A stretch of DNA of 64,000 nucleotides from Macrostomum hystrix (GCA_950097015.1 CATNEN010000001.1:682001-746000), one strand, 5' to 3'; counted from the first letter of the stretch, positions 49,106-62,077 are shown. Made by a program: numbers and translations. Notes: generated from the letters alone by a model not told the origin.

Positions 49106-50419
49106 GACATTCATTATATTGATTTACGGCCTCCAGACTTTTGTCTTGAAGGAAAATTTATTGTTTAGGCAGACGATTCTACCTAAATTTCAGTCAATTT
49201 AAAGTTGCAGTCTATGAAAATTTGCATTCTATTTAAACGCTCTGCGTTTGATATGATAATAGATGGTGCCACCTCTGAGCATTATAGCAGTGCGTACCAT
49301 GGCCTCAACGCAGAGCCGCGCTCTGCTGCGGCTGTCAAGAGCAGCACAACAACCGTGCATGCGCCGGGGCCATCAAAGTGAGCGCCGACGCAAAGAACGG
49401 TGCCGTGAGCGGTATCGCAGCGGACGACTTCGGGGTCGCGAGCGCTGATCTGCTTGCTGCAAGTGCCCTCCACCTGGTGGTGTGGATACGCTGAGTGGCG
49501 TCAGAAACCATGAGGTTCAAAGCCACCGAACCCCAGCCGATCCAAAATGCGCGCAGAAACAATATTGCAATAATGCAAAAACAATAATAAATAATTAATT
49601 ACACTGCCCTTAATTGAACCAAATTTGCAGCCAACAGCACAGTCACGAGCACAGTCGCAGCTATTGCGCGGCGCATCTGAATGCCGCGTACGGCTGTTCC
49701 GTCCTGTGGGGATGCTACACGGCCCAACCCTCAATATACACTGACACCCCACCCCACACCCCACACCTACGACACCCCATACCTACTCCCTCCACACCCA
49801 CCCCACCCCACACCCACCCCACCACACACCTAGCTACCTCCACCATACACCTACCTGCGGAACCTTGCCTTTATTTCCTGATCATAATTGCGTGCTTCCC
49901 GGACCCACCTCGTTTATTAGATTTTGGGCCATAGACAGTGTCGCAATTGCTGCCTGTATTCGTGCCTGGGAGTCAGGTGTTTAGAATCTACTAATACATT
50001 CTAGTTTCTGTGGGCCTATGTGACCATACAATGAATCATTGAATATGAAGTTACATCCTGCGTTTTGGTTTGAATAAAAATTGCACGAACTGTAAATATG
50101 TAAATTTGAATTCTATAATCCTTATAGCCTTTACAATTTGACCCGAGGCATAAAAATTCACACTTGGAAGGAATGCTGCATTGATGTTATGACATTCGGC
50201 ACTTCGTACTGCCCATAACTTTCTGCATGGTTGCTTCAAATGCATGACTATTCGTTTTGATGAAAATATTCTTCCAAACTGGGTGGTATGCCGCTTCAGT
50301 CCATGGACTGAACAGCTGTACAAAGCCTTTGAAAGCGCATTTGAATTTGTGCGGCTGTGCCACTGTCTATGCATGTGGCCGTGCTTGTCGAGCCATCACG
50401 AGTGCGGCACCCTCGATCC

Positions 50420-50950
50420 ACTTCGCTGGCATGAAAGCCTTCCTGGACCTTTCCCTTTCCCGAGATCAAACGGAAAGCAATGAAGACTGCTTCATCGTCT
50501 ACTGGACGCGGATGTCTCCATCCAGAAGCAACTTGCCTTCAGCAAGCGGAACCTGGACACAGCAGGAGGCTTTTCAAGTTCTCAACATCAGCTCCTGCGC
50601 CCTGATCAACCAAAAGTCCAGGGAGCAGAAATCATCATCCTCTCGGACAGCCAGGCGGCGATACATGCCCTTTGACGCACGCAGACATGCACGCGCACAG
50701 TCCTCGACTGCGTCGCGCAACTCAACAGCTTATGGACCTCCGAAAAAGTTTCCTAAAGTGTATTCCAGGGCACTCTGGACAGCCTTTTCTGTCTGCGGTC
50801 TCCACCCCTATCGCCGTCGTCACCACTTGGATCAACTGGGTGGCCTCGAAGCACAAGGACAGGTGGATCAACTCCGCTGTTCCTTGGCTCTCGACTGCTC
50901 TACGAAAAGCACTGCTTGGACTCAACCGCAGGGACATCGGGGGACATTGT
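50420..50950 (+). pseudogene. Decayed non-LTR retrotransposon ORF2 fragment with RNase H (I/R1/Loa-type)
   Basis: Frameshifted translation gives CFIVY..., [41 protein letters not shown] and ...[10 protein letters not shown], matching RNase H motifs of LINE ORF2. Confidence 0.75.
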
Positions 50951-51206
50951 AACATTACATTATAACTATTAATTACTTATTTCAGCCAGCTACTGAACTT
51001 TATGACTCGTAAACTTTTCGAGCTTGCAGCAAACGAAGTGAATGTCTATCTGCAATTTCTTTTTTTATCTATATTGTCTTTCTAGTTAGCTTTCTTGCTC
51101 TCTGAATAAATATTTACTGCTATAAAATGCACGCGTCAATGTAGTAAAATGTGGGTTTATCAAATATACAAAAAGTTTTTCTTTACCTGGCTTGTTTTCT
51201 GTATTT

Positions 51207-51552
51207 AATAATAATAAATTTACTTGCAAAATGGCTTTGGGGCACTGGATATCATCTGGTGACACTAGACCCGCAGCCAGCGAGGCTGCAATTCTGCCCA
51301 TTCCGCTGACTCCTGAGCACACACTCACACAGGTATGTACACCTGCCCTGACTTTGTCATTGACAGAGAGTTTACACTCTAACTGTGCCCCGGAGGTTGG
51401 CCCTCAACGGGCATACATTGCTAGTAAAGCCCGAATATAAATAGTAATTCTCTCCGCGGCTGTGTCCCTAAATAAATGTGGCCTCGCCGCGGAATCGAAC
51501 TCAGGACCTTGGTGCGAGAGGCAAACGCGTTAGACCCTCTGCCACTGACCCG
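51207..51552 (-). mobile_element. SINE family A, near full length
   Basis: Head GGGTCAGTGGCAGAGGGTCTAACGCG...GAGTTCGATTCCGCGGCGAGGCCACAT on minus (clear A/B boxes); same body as the other copies. Confidence 0.88.
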
Positions 51553-51941
51553 ATTCTCTGTATTTATATGGTCTTCAAATTTTTCTATGAAAAAAAACGT
51601 TCACTAGCAACCAATAATACTGGTCTTCAAGCCTGCTTTTAGAATTGTTCCCGTGTGCTAGTATAGAGTATAGATATATGCTCTTAAAATGCAATTTGAC
51701 CCTATCTCAGCTGAAGTCGCAAATGAAGACACCTCTATAAAATATTTTGGTGCTGTGAATAGATTGTAAAACATGAAAGACTTATCTGAACCAGATTAAA
51801 AAAAGAAATTCTGTTTCTGACACAAATATTTGCATGTGCTTATAGGTGCCTGTTGATCTCTTAACTATTTGAGTTGAGACTCAAATGTGACGACTGGAGT
51901 ACAAGTGTAACTATAATTTAGCGATTTAGCGCAAGTTATGG

Positions 51942-53535
51942 ATCTCTCCCCCTGCCTCATCTCTCCCCTGCCTCATCTCTCCCCTGCCTCATCTCTCCCC
52001 TGCCTCATCTCTCCCCTGCCTCATCTCTCCCCTGCCTCATCTCTCCCCCTGTCTCATCTCTCCCCCTGCCTCATCTCTCCACTGCCTCATCTCTCCCCTG
52101 CCTCATCTCTCCCCCTGTCTCATCTCTCCCCCTGCCTCATCTCTCCCCTGCCTCATCTCTCCCCTGCCTCATCTCTCCCCTGCCTCATCTCTCCCCTGCC
52201 TCATCTCTCCCCTGCCTCATCTCTCCCCTGCCTCATCTCTCCCCCTGTCTCATCTCTCCCCCTGCCTCATCTCTCCCCTGTCTCATCTCTCCCCTGTCTC
52301 ATCTCTCCCCTGCCTCATCTCTCCCCTGTCTCATCTCTCCCCTGCCTCATCTCTCCCCTGCCTCATCTCTCCCCTGCCTCATCTCTCCCCTGCCTCATCT
52401 CTCCCCTGCCTCATCTCTCCCCCTGTCTCATCTCTCCCCCTGCCTCATCTCTCCACTGCCTCATCTCTCCCCTGCCTCATCTCTCCCCCTGTCTCATCTC
52501 TCCCCCTGCCTCATCTCTCCCCTGCCTCATCTCTCCCCTGCCTCATCTCTCCCCTGCCTCATCTCTCCCCTGCCTCATCTCTCCCCTGCCTCATCTCTCC
52601 CCTGCCTCATCTCTCCCCCTGTCTCATCTCTCCCCCTGCCTCATCTCTCCCCTGTCTCATCTCTCCCCTGTCTCATCTCTCCCCTGCCTCATCTCTCCCC
52701 TGTCTCATCTCTCCCCTGCCTCATCTCTCCCCTGTCTCATCTCTCCCCTGTCTCATCTCTCCCCTGCCTCATCTCTCCCCTGTCTCATCTCTCCCCTGCC
52801 TCATCTCTTCCCTGCCTCATCTCTCCCCTGCCTCATCTCTCCCCTGCCTCATCTCTTCCCTGCCTCATCTCTCCCCTGTCTCATCTCTCCCCTGTCTCAT
52901 CTCTCCCCTGCCTCATCTCTTCCCTGCCTCATCTCTCCCCTGTCTCATCTCTCCCCTGCCTCATCTCTTCCCTGCCTCATCTCTCCCCTGCCTCATCTCT
53001 CCCCTGCCTCATCTCTCCCCTGCCTCATCTCTTCCCTGCCTCATCTCTCCCCTGTCTCATCTCTCCCCTGTCTCATCTCTCCCCTGCCTCATCTCTTCCC
53101 TGCCTCATCTCTCCCCTGTCTCATCTCTCCCCTGCCTCATCTCTTCCCTGCCTCATCTCTCCCCTGCCTCATCTCTCCCCTGCCAAATCTCTTCCCTGCC
53201 TCATCTCTCCCCTGTCTCATCTCTCCCCTGTCTCATCTCTCCCCTGCCTCATCTCTCCCCTGCCTCATCTCTCCCCTGCCTCATCTCTCCCCTGCCTCAT
53301 CTCTCCCCTGTCTCATCTCTCCCCTGCCTCATCTCTCCCCTGCCTCATCACTCCACTGTCTGATATCTCCCCTGCCTCATCTCTCCCCTGCCTCATCTCT
53401 CCCCTGTCTCATCTCTCCCCTGCCTCATCTCTTCCCTGCCTCATCTCTCCCCTGCCTCATCTCTCCCCTGCCAAATCTCTCCCCGGTCTCATCCCTCCAC
53501 TGTCTGATCTCTCTCCTGTCTCATCTCTTCCCTGT
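51942..53535. repeat. Pyrimidine-rich minisatellite, 16-bp unit
   Basis: CTCTCCCCTG(C/T)CTCAT in tandem; explains the 569-aa ORF. Confidence 0.95.
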
Positions 53536-54988
53536 GTTATATGAAAGGAATTTGACACACCGAGCGAAAATTTTACAAGTCAAGTACAAAATAAAATGTC
53601 TGAAAGAAATAGAATCGAAATGCGACACTAGTATTCATTTTGTTTAAACAGCTGCTTTGTTTGTTGTCCGACACAGACAAAAAGCATGCAACAAGTGCAC
53701 AGGAAATTGTGATACAGCTTCCAGAAAGAGTTAACTTTTTAGTCTAGACATGTCAGGTATTGATGATAAAGTCTTGCTGGATTAAATAGATAAGTGACTA
53801 CATAAATTTTCTGTTCGTTTCATAACGTGTATGTAATAATTAAGACACTTTCCAGTCATAGTCTAGCTGTTTGTACAACTGCTTTATGTCTTCTAGGAGA
53901 AAAAACAATATCAGTTTTCTGATTCATATTTCCTATCTAAGTTCGTCTCGTACTCTTTTTTGCATGTTTCGATCTATTTATATTCGAATCCTAGCTTCAT
54001 ATTGATATATATTTCTGCACTATGTTTGAACGTTTTTGTAATTAATACAGAAGAGATCTGTAAAAATGACTGACGATATTTGTAAAATGACACAAGAGAT
54101 ATGTAAAATGACAGTTTAATGACAGTAACACTCAAAAAACAGTGCACAAAAAAACACTAGGGGCGAAGCCCTCACTTCCTACCATAGACAAAAATGTTTG
54201 ACTAAATATATTCTTTGAATGTTGTCTACTAAACTTTTGTCTATGAACTAGGGCGACATTAATGCGCATCCTACGTGCCTCTTAATGTCGCCAAAAGTGC
54301 ATGTAGCAATGAACCATAGAAAGTGAGTTTTCGAAAATCCAAATATTTTCTTGAAATTTAGATTGAAAACGTCTTTCCAGAGGCCAATTGTGCTATTTGA
54401 TGATATTGTATCTCATTTGTGCATTTTTCTTTAATAAAACACTGTCTGAATACGATTGGGCCATAGACAAAAAACGAACTAAACAAATCAACAAAGCAAA
54501 CCTTCCATATATCGCATACTAAACTAATCGCTGCAGTGGATCAGGGGGTATGGACCAAGGAATTATACCCACTGCATCTGCAGTAGAATTGCTTGGAAAC
54601 TTTGATTCCTACAAGCTAGAAAAAAGTATTATTCATTCTATTGTTTAACTACCATTATTTTCGCAGCCAGTTAATTAATGGTTACATAATTAAGCTCAAC
54701 TTAAGGTTAACGCGTATAAAAGTGCGAGCTATAAAGAATGTAAACTTTATTACTCAAAAATGTATATTCATTATAGCTGCAATCTTTTGACTAGGCGAGA
54801 GTGAACAAATTCACTAATGCCTGCGAGAGAGCGTAAGTAGAAGCTCCACATTTCTTTTCGTTTTTTTCAACAGACAACCAATAAGATTTGAAGAATTTTT
54901 ATAAAGCAAAAGATAAACTTCAGTAACAACTGATTTCCTTCCTCTCTATGAAAAGACACAATGGTGTTAAAAGTACGAGAGCGTATAC

Positions 54989-54997
54989 TATATAAAA
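54989..54997 (+). promoter_or_regulatory. TATA box of the small secreted-peptide gene
   Basis: TATATAAAA ~80 bp upstream of the ATG at 55073. Confidence 0.55.
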
Positions 54998-55072
54998 CAT
55001 CTGTTTCTAGTCCGTTTTAAAAAAGTAACAAATCTTCTTAGAGGCACTAAGAGTGGATATTTCTTTGTGAAC

Positions 55073-55360
55073 ATGAAATTGATTATCATGCTCATAATGA
55101 TTGGCTTGCCAAGCTTCATCGATCAAGCTCAGTGTTCGCCTGCAGCAATTAGTGACGCAATTCAACATCGCAAGCAGAAGAATTCAGCCATTCATCAGCC
55201 AAATCTACCAGCTGCTGAAGGTCGCCATCGTCAAACACGGGGAGCCGAGATCCAGCTCACTCACGTATTGTATTGCGAACTCTATCGAAAGCTGCTGGAA
55301 AAGAGAAAGAAGAAATGGCAAGCAATTGAAATGCCGGCCGACTGCGACTATGGGTCATAA
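55073..55360 (+). CDS. Small secreted peptide precursor (95 aa), unknown family
   Basis: MKLIIMLIMIGLPSFIDQAQC signal-like N-terminus, RQTR furin-type site, two-Cys C-terminal peptide; upstream TATA and downstream AATAAA (55657-55662); more GC-rich than its AT-rich flanks. Confidence 0.62.
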   Translation: MKLIIMLIMIGLPSFIDQAQCSPAAISDAIQHRKQKNSAIHQPNLPAAEGRHRQTRGAEIQLTHVLYCELYRKLLEKRKKKWQAIEMPADCDYGS

Positions 55361-56724
55361 TTAGAAACTTAGGCTTTTTAATCATGGGTTGACCAATTCT
55401 CCGGTCAAAAGAACACAATTACAGAACCCTGGCCCTTTGAAACATCATATATGCTTCCCTCGCATATGTCTCTCTCGCCTTTCCAGGGTCTCATCTCTTC
55501 GGCCCAAAAGTCATTAGCAATTGTCAGAAAACCTGCCGGAAGTATGCACTTGATCAATCCCTATGGTTTCAGCAATAATCGGGTTAGAAACTTTGAATAT
55601 CATTATTGTCATTGCTTTTTAGAAATTACATACTCGTAGAACCTTAATTGACAAGTAATAAAAGCCGCATGCTGTTCTCGCAGTTTTTTATTTGTTTCAC
55701 GAGCACATTTTTAGCACCTATTCACATTAATAGTTCAAATATTCACGCATTTTATACGTAATGTTTAATTAAAAAATCGTCTTGATCTCATTAAAAATAT
55801 TTCCGAAAGTTTTTAAATGTTTTTGGTTTGATACTAAAAAAAGAACGTTAAAAAAATTTGTTGTTAGAAATCAATGCTCGAACAGAATATAAAATATATC
55901 AAGTAAGGCACTGAGAATACAATTCCGCTTTTTGGACCTACATTTTTTATTCAAATGACTTAATTTAATTTTTTTTCGTTTATATATTGCGATGAACTTG
56001 TGCACACTAGAGACTTCAAAGTCGAAAATTAGTTTGGTAGTAGTCATGAGCCGCGCAAGGACCACAAGAAGAAAGACCGCTATACTAGACCAAAGGACGT
56101 CTTCGTCTCGAGTGGTCCATAGTGGCACGTTGATTCAAACACAAAAATGCAACACGCTTCTGTTTTAAGTGAATCTAGGTTCATAAGGTATATGAAAGTT
56201 TTTGAAGTTTTTTTAAATACATTAGTTTTTAAAGTAATGATTTAAGTTTACTTAGTATTTGGCGAGGCCCTTTGTTTTATTAGTTAATCAATCGCTAACA
56301 CCGTCACGAATGCTTTAAACGAGCTCGTGGCTCAGATTCCGCGCGGAATCATCGTCCTCTAAACCGTAATTCAGAAAACTTGGTAATTAATTAGCTAGGC
56401 CCTACCTTGGTTACTTGTAATTGTGGCTTCAAGTACTATGTTTTTAACTGTCACAGTAGTAATGTTTTTTTTAATTCGCTTGTTTAGCAAAGGATATCAA
56501 AGTTAGGCATTACTTTGGATGCCTAGTTAGATACATAGTTAGGTTAACTTTTTTATCATTCGTAAGATAGGCCTACATGGCTTTTTCTTTATCCCAGAAT
56601 TTGCAATCAATAGAAATGCAAACTCCATAGCAAAAGGCAAACCAACACCTCGCTCTTCCTTTTTGTAGCTAATAGCTAAATTGTGCATGTGCATGTATTG
56701 TGCATCGTGCATGGTTATTTCTGT

Positions 56725-57172
56725 GGCGATTTCTTAGTTTCCCGCGTTAAATTATTTTGTAAGTCCAAGCAATAAGCAATTAAGCAATAAGAAGTCCAAG
56801 TCCATATATAAAAGTCCAGGGGCCATAGATGGGATGTCAGGGATGTCAGACAGTGTGGTAGTAGTGCGCAATCCAGAACATGATGTTGCCAAACTGATGT
56901 TACCAGCTCGACGTTGGTAGCCACACTGTTCGCCTACGCAATGAGGGCACTCCATTGAATTTCGCAGTAGGCCATACGTAGCGAGCCACTCCACTCCCAT
57001 CTCACCAGTGAGGACAGTCAGCTCCCGATGGTTCACATCGAGGTCGCAGAGCTCAATGGTGGGCCTCAGAAGGTGTGGGTCAACGATGAAACGGCGTGCC
57101 TGAGGTCCTCCGGCCATGATCAGCTGAAAAAAGCAAAAAAAATAATTTAACGCGGGAAACTAAGAAATCGCC
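56725..57172 (-). mobile_element. Merlin/IS1595-like non-autonomous deletion derivative
   Basis: Perfect ~34-bp TIRs GGCGATTTCTTAGTTTCCCGCGTTAAATTATTTT; 8-bp TSD ATTTCTGT (56717-56724, 57173-57180); internal WLATYGLLRNSMECPHC zinc-ribbon N-terminus fused to an out-of-frame C-terminal FGNIMFWIAHYY. Confidence 0.82.
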
Positions 57173-57532
57173 ATTTCTGTTTATATGCTTTGGTGCAAAT
57201 AAGCATTTATAAAAACAACATGCAATTACATTTTAAAGCAAGGGCTTGAAATAATGCTTGTATTTTCTGCCAAGGTATAGGCCTAGGCTAAGCAGTTTAT
57301 GCATATAATTGTTAACTAGTCTTGGACTATATAAATATGATGTATAAAACATTTATGTATATTAGGTTACCAGCATATGCTAGGGGCCTATAGATCTTTT
57401 ATAATGTGTGACAGAACCCATGCACTGTTTTATAGCATAGATAGCTATGTTGAAATTACTTTTTCGTGTATAAAATAGACTAAAGAACATTTATATTAAA
57501 TAACTTAAATTTCAGTTAATTGACTGGTCACC

Positions 57533-60500
57533 ATGAAGCAAAAGGTCAAAGGATTTGTGCTAAAATCATCGGTTGAAGGTGCAATTGCTCCAAAAAAGAA
57601 GTTACCTAAACTGAAGCCAAATGTAAGTAAATAGAATATGTATCTGATTTACTACTGCCTGAAAATAAATAGTTTGGGCAAATGTACACACCTGGTCCTG
57701 AATGTAGTAAATTGGCCCTAAATTGCACGACAAGCCCCCAGTCCTTCTCTCTGTGGCTGCACCCCAAATAAATGTGGCCTCGCTGCTCGAGCTCGAGCTC
57801 AGGGACCTTGGTGAGTGAGCCAAATGCATTAGACCACTCTGCCACTTACCACCCCACCATTATTCTGCCATATAATTTTATAATTCATAATAATAACTAT
57901 TCAGTACAATATTAACATGTTTAATACTTTTCCCAGGTGCCCACCCAGCTAAGCGAAGACACCGATGCTAAGCAGCGCAAAAAGGATAAGCTAGCTCAGT
58001 TGAAGCTGAAAAAATCTGACAAAATTAAACAGCTATTGTTGCAGAAGAAAGAGAAGAAAGCTGGACCTACTGCTGATGCACCATTGGCATCAGCAGAACA
58101 ACAGAGCTCAACTAAGGAGCATATGCTAACAGTTAGCAGCAAGATTCCACCGAAGCAAATAAACTATCAATTTAAACCACAAGAAAGGAAAGCGAATTTC
58201 GTGGCAGGTAAAAAACTTTTAGTAAAAAATTTACTTGCTATTTCAAAGACAGCCGTATTCTTACCGCGATCAACAAAACTGTTAAAATCGAAGCTAAGCA
58301 TCGCATTAGGATCCGCAGCTAGAATCGTAGCAGGATCCGCAGCTAGAATCGTATCAAGATCCGCAGCTAGAATCGTATCAGGATCCGCAGCTAGAATCGT
58401 ATCAAGATCCGCAGCTAGAATCGCAGCAGGATCCGCAGCTAGAATCGTATCAGGATCCGCAACTAGAATCGTATTAAGATCCGCAGCTGTATTAGCAGAT
58501 AAAAAAGCAGCTAGAATCATATCAGGATCCACAGCTAGAATCGTATCAGGATCTGCAGCTAGAATCGTATCAGGATCCACAGCTAGAATCGCAGCAGGTT
58601 TGCAATGCCAATTTTCGCTAATCTCCCAGATCCCGTGAATGGTCGATCTGACAACTACGAGCCTATTCAAGATCCACTTGTGCGTGCCGAGATTTCGCAC
58701 TTCCTGAAGCAGCGATCGGCCAGTACAGTCCGGGTTAGAGGACTGCCAAATCGACTGCGGCTTCATCAGATCGCTCAGCTGTGCAACGGAATAAAGGTTT
58801 GTGGCTATAAAATCCTATATTTAATAAATGGGAAATCCTTTTTCCTTCAACAATCATAAAAATTTCCACTCTTTTTACTCTCAGAGTCTCAAAGTATTCG
58901 TATAATACTTTTAGTCTCACAGTTCTCTGAAGAATATCATTCACTTTCCCAGTAGGTAAAATATCTAGTTTTTTCCATATTCCCACTCCCAAAAAATCCC
59001 AATTTAACGCCACCTACAATTATTCCAACTCTCCTTGTTGTTACATTTTTTTCTCCCTTATCTCGCAGTAGTTTAAAATCCCCATTCTATAATTTCCTTG
59101 TTTCTTAAGCGATCCCAATTTCTAATTCCCGGAAAAATCCGCCCTTCCAATTGCTAAATGACAAAAGCACCAACTATCCGCCAACTCGCAGGCATTTCGC
59201 GTCCCCTGGAACTACCTGGCCAATCGGCACAAAAGCGTTGCTTTCCTAGAATTCGCCAGCCCCGAGGCAGCCAAGAAGGCCGCTAAGGAAATCTCCACCT
59301 GCAAGGCTCTCGGCTGTCGGCTTCATGCCACAATCTTCGGTGTCACCATCGGCAGTCAAGAAGGCGATGCTGACTTCAACGATGGCGTTGATAAGGAACG
59401 CGCCGATCACAGAGACGACAAGGATGCCGAAATGGGCAATGTGGACGCCTACGATTGTCGTCGGGTCATTGTTTGCGGCTTGCATCCGCACACCACTGGT
59501 CAGGAGCTAAAGGATCTGGTCAACGCTTCCCTGACTGATGCGGCTGTGCTGAAGGTCGAATTTCCACACGGCTGCAAACAGTTGAACAAGAGCGCCCCGG
59601 CTGTGGCTTATCTCACTTTTGCTGACGAACGGCGAGCTCTGGAAGCTGTGAAAAAGTTTCAGGTGAGTTTCAAGTGACTTAACTATCGAATTATAATTAT
59701 CCCTTATTCCCAACTCCAGTTCAAAAGAATTCCGCATAGTTAAGTTATTATCCCTAAGTTGGAAAATGATCCCCTCAGTAGACAATTATCCCACAATTAA
59801 CAAACTTTCGCCCCAGTTGATTTATTATACCCCCAGTTGAAAATTACCCCTTAGTAGGCAAAATTTCGCTTTGGTTGGTAAATTATCCCCCAGTAGGCAA
59901 TTTATCCCATATCCCATATAGTTGAAAAATATCCCCCAATTGGAAAATTATCCCTCGGCTGAAAAATTCTTCCCCAGTGGGCTAATTATCCCGCAATTAA
60001 AAAGTGTCCCCAGTTGGTTAATTACTCCCCCTGTTTGCAAATTATCCCACAGTATAAAAATATCAAATATTCAGCGAGTAATATCTCCCTGAAAATCTGG
60101 ACAGACAAAATAACTTTAAATGCCGTTTTCAATAAATCAATCAATCGATCAATGTTGATCAGGGTCACTTGATTCGCAACCGTCTAACCTCCTGGATGCT
60201 GCACAAGCGAGTTCAAAAGCCCGATCGTCCCAAAGATCCCACTCAGCTGGTGGCATTCGGTGTTTCCAAACGCGTCACAGATGAGGACCTGCTGAGAGCG
60301 TTTCCGAATTCAAAGGATATCGACGTTCGGCAGAACACGGGCTTGGCCATCGTTACCTACGCCAATCAGACTGACTGCAGGACTGACTTCTCTACCTGTC
60401 AGGGTGGTGTCATTCGCGCTGGCAAAGCCAAGCTTCGTGTTCAGTTTGGACACGTTAATCATGTACCGGTGAGTGCTGGACTTTATTTATACGGAATTAT

Positions 60501-61684
60501 ACCCAATGCTCATCTTGTGTATTCATATAGCATCCTGATCCCATTTCATCCATGATCCCATTTCATCCATGATCCCATTTCATCCATGATCCCATTTCAT
60601 CCATGATCCCATTTCATCCATGATCCCATTTTATCCATGATCCCATTTCATCCATGATCCCATTTCATCCATGATCCCATTTCATCCATGATCCCATTTT
60701 ATCCATGATCCCATTTCATCCATGATCCCATTTCATCCATGATCCAATTTTATCCATGATCCCATTTCATCCATGATCCCATATCATCCATGATCCCATT
60801 TCAATCATGATCCCATTTCATCCATGATCCCATTTCATCCATGATCCCATTTCATCCATGATCCCATTTCATCCATGATCCCATTTCATCCATGATCCAA
60901 TTTTATCCATGATCCCATTTCATCCATGATCCCATTTCATACATGATCCCAATTGCATCTATGATCCCCAGATCCCCATATCATTCAGAGCCATTCCTGA
61001 TCCCCACCTCATCCATTGTCTTCCCTGACTTCTATCTATACTCTTCCCTAAACAAATAATACGGAGTCTCACTATTTATCCCAAAATATTCATCAGGCCA
61101 GCGAGCGCAGGTCTTTAGCCCTTGAGGAAGGAAAAAACCAACAGCAGCAGCAGCAGCGCTTGCCGCGTGAGAAGCCGACAGTAGAGCCAAAGAAGGCGTC
61201 TTATATAGATCCCAGCCTATTCAACAAGTGCCAGCTGGTGATTAGGAACTTTAAACCGGCCACACGGGACTGGGATCTGACCGAGTTTCTATCCGGCGCT
61301 AAGAAAGTATTTTTCACGCCGAATCGCCGCTTGGCTTTTGTGCATTTCAACAATGAAACGGCCGCTTCTAAAGCTTTGATCAAACTGTCCAAGGAGGAGT
61401 TGAATGGCGCCAAATTGAAGGGCATGTACGCTATGGACAAGCCGGATAAGAAGAAGACTAAGGAAACCCCTGCCAGCGTTGCTAATGGCAACAATGTCCC
61501 GTCGTACAATGTCATCAAAGAGGAAATGCAGGTCGATGAGACAACGGTTGAGCAGCCTGTGCTTGCTAAAGCCAAGAAATTTCAAATTAAAGATCCGCAG
61601 AACCAGCAGAAGCAGCAGCAGAAACTGAAGATGAAGAAAGCATTCAAGAAGTCAACAAGCCCTACTTCAGGTGCTCATGATTGA
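57533..61684 (+). CDS. Multi-RRM (4 RRM), lysine-rich nucleolin-like RNA-binding protein; ~630 aa
   Basis: Exons 57533-57622, 57937-58207, 58630-58796, 59192-59662, 60163-60468, 61097-61684, GT-AG with consistent phases. RNP2/RNP1-like pairs VRVRGL/VAFLEF, VIVCGL/VAYLTF, LVAFGV/LAIVTY, LVIRNF/LAFVHF. Confidence 0.85.
57684..57845 (-). mobile_element. SINE family A, 5' part (tRNA head)
   Basis: GTGGCAGAGTGGTCTAATGC...GAGCTCGAG...GCGAGGCCACATTTATTTGGG on minus, in intron 1 of the RRM gene. Confidence 0.75.
58308..58598. repeat. Intronic minisatellite, 24-bp unit
   Basis: GGATCCGCAGCTAGAATCGTATCA in tandem within intron 58208-58629. Confidence 0.88.
60531..60970. repeat. Intronic minisatellite, 17-bp unit
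   Basis: CATCCATGATCCCATTT in tandem. Confidence 0.93.
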
Positions 61685-62077
61685 TTGGCGTCACTTCCCT
61701 ATGCTTTAACTCCGATGAAATTTTATCTTAGAAATTGTACAGCTACTAACAGTAGCCAGACTAGAATATGACGATAAAATTTGGCGTACAATTTGAGAAT
61801 CAGCTTCTGTTAACCTTTTTGTTGAAACTGCCTAATTAACGCATTTGCTGCTGCCTGCATTCTTTGATCATTTAAAAAATGAGCAACTAAATTTCGCGTT
61901 CACTATTGGCGGTTTAATTAAAGTATTCGCAATTCTATGAAATAATAAACGAATAGTGGACTAATTTGGATATTTCGTCACCTGCTTGTCTAGCTTTGTC
62001 TGTTCCTGACTTTTTGGAGAAAAAAATTCTAACATTTGTTTTCTGGCTTCTATGCATTCTAATTTTCTTATTTCAAA

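Noticed and set aside
51938-53647. 569-aa ORF
   Set aside because: 16-bp repeat cycling through frames; no coding signature.
54155-54300. Helitron 3' end (GGGCTTCGCCC hairpin followed by CTAG on minus)
   Set aside because: The hairpin abuts CTAG without the usual spacer, and no 5' end or second copy is visible; insufficient support.
58208-58638. GSAARIVS repeat as part of the RRM protein
   Set aside because: Donor at 58208 and acceptor at 58629 give an in-phase splice; read-through would stop at 58638 before any RRM.
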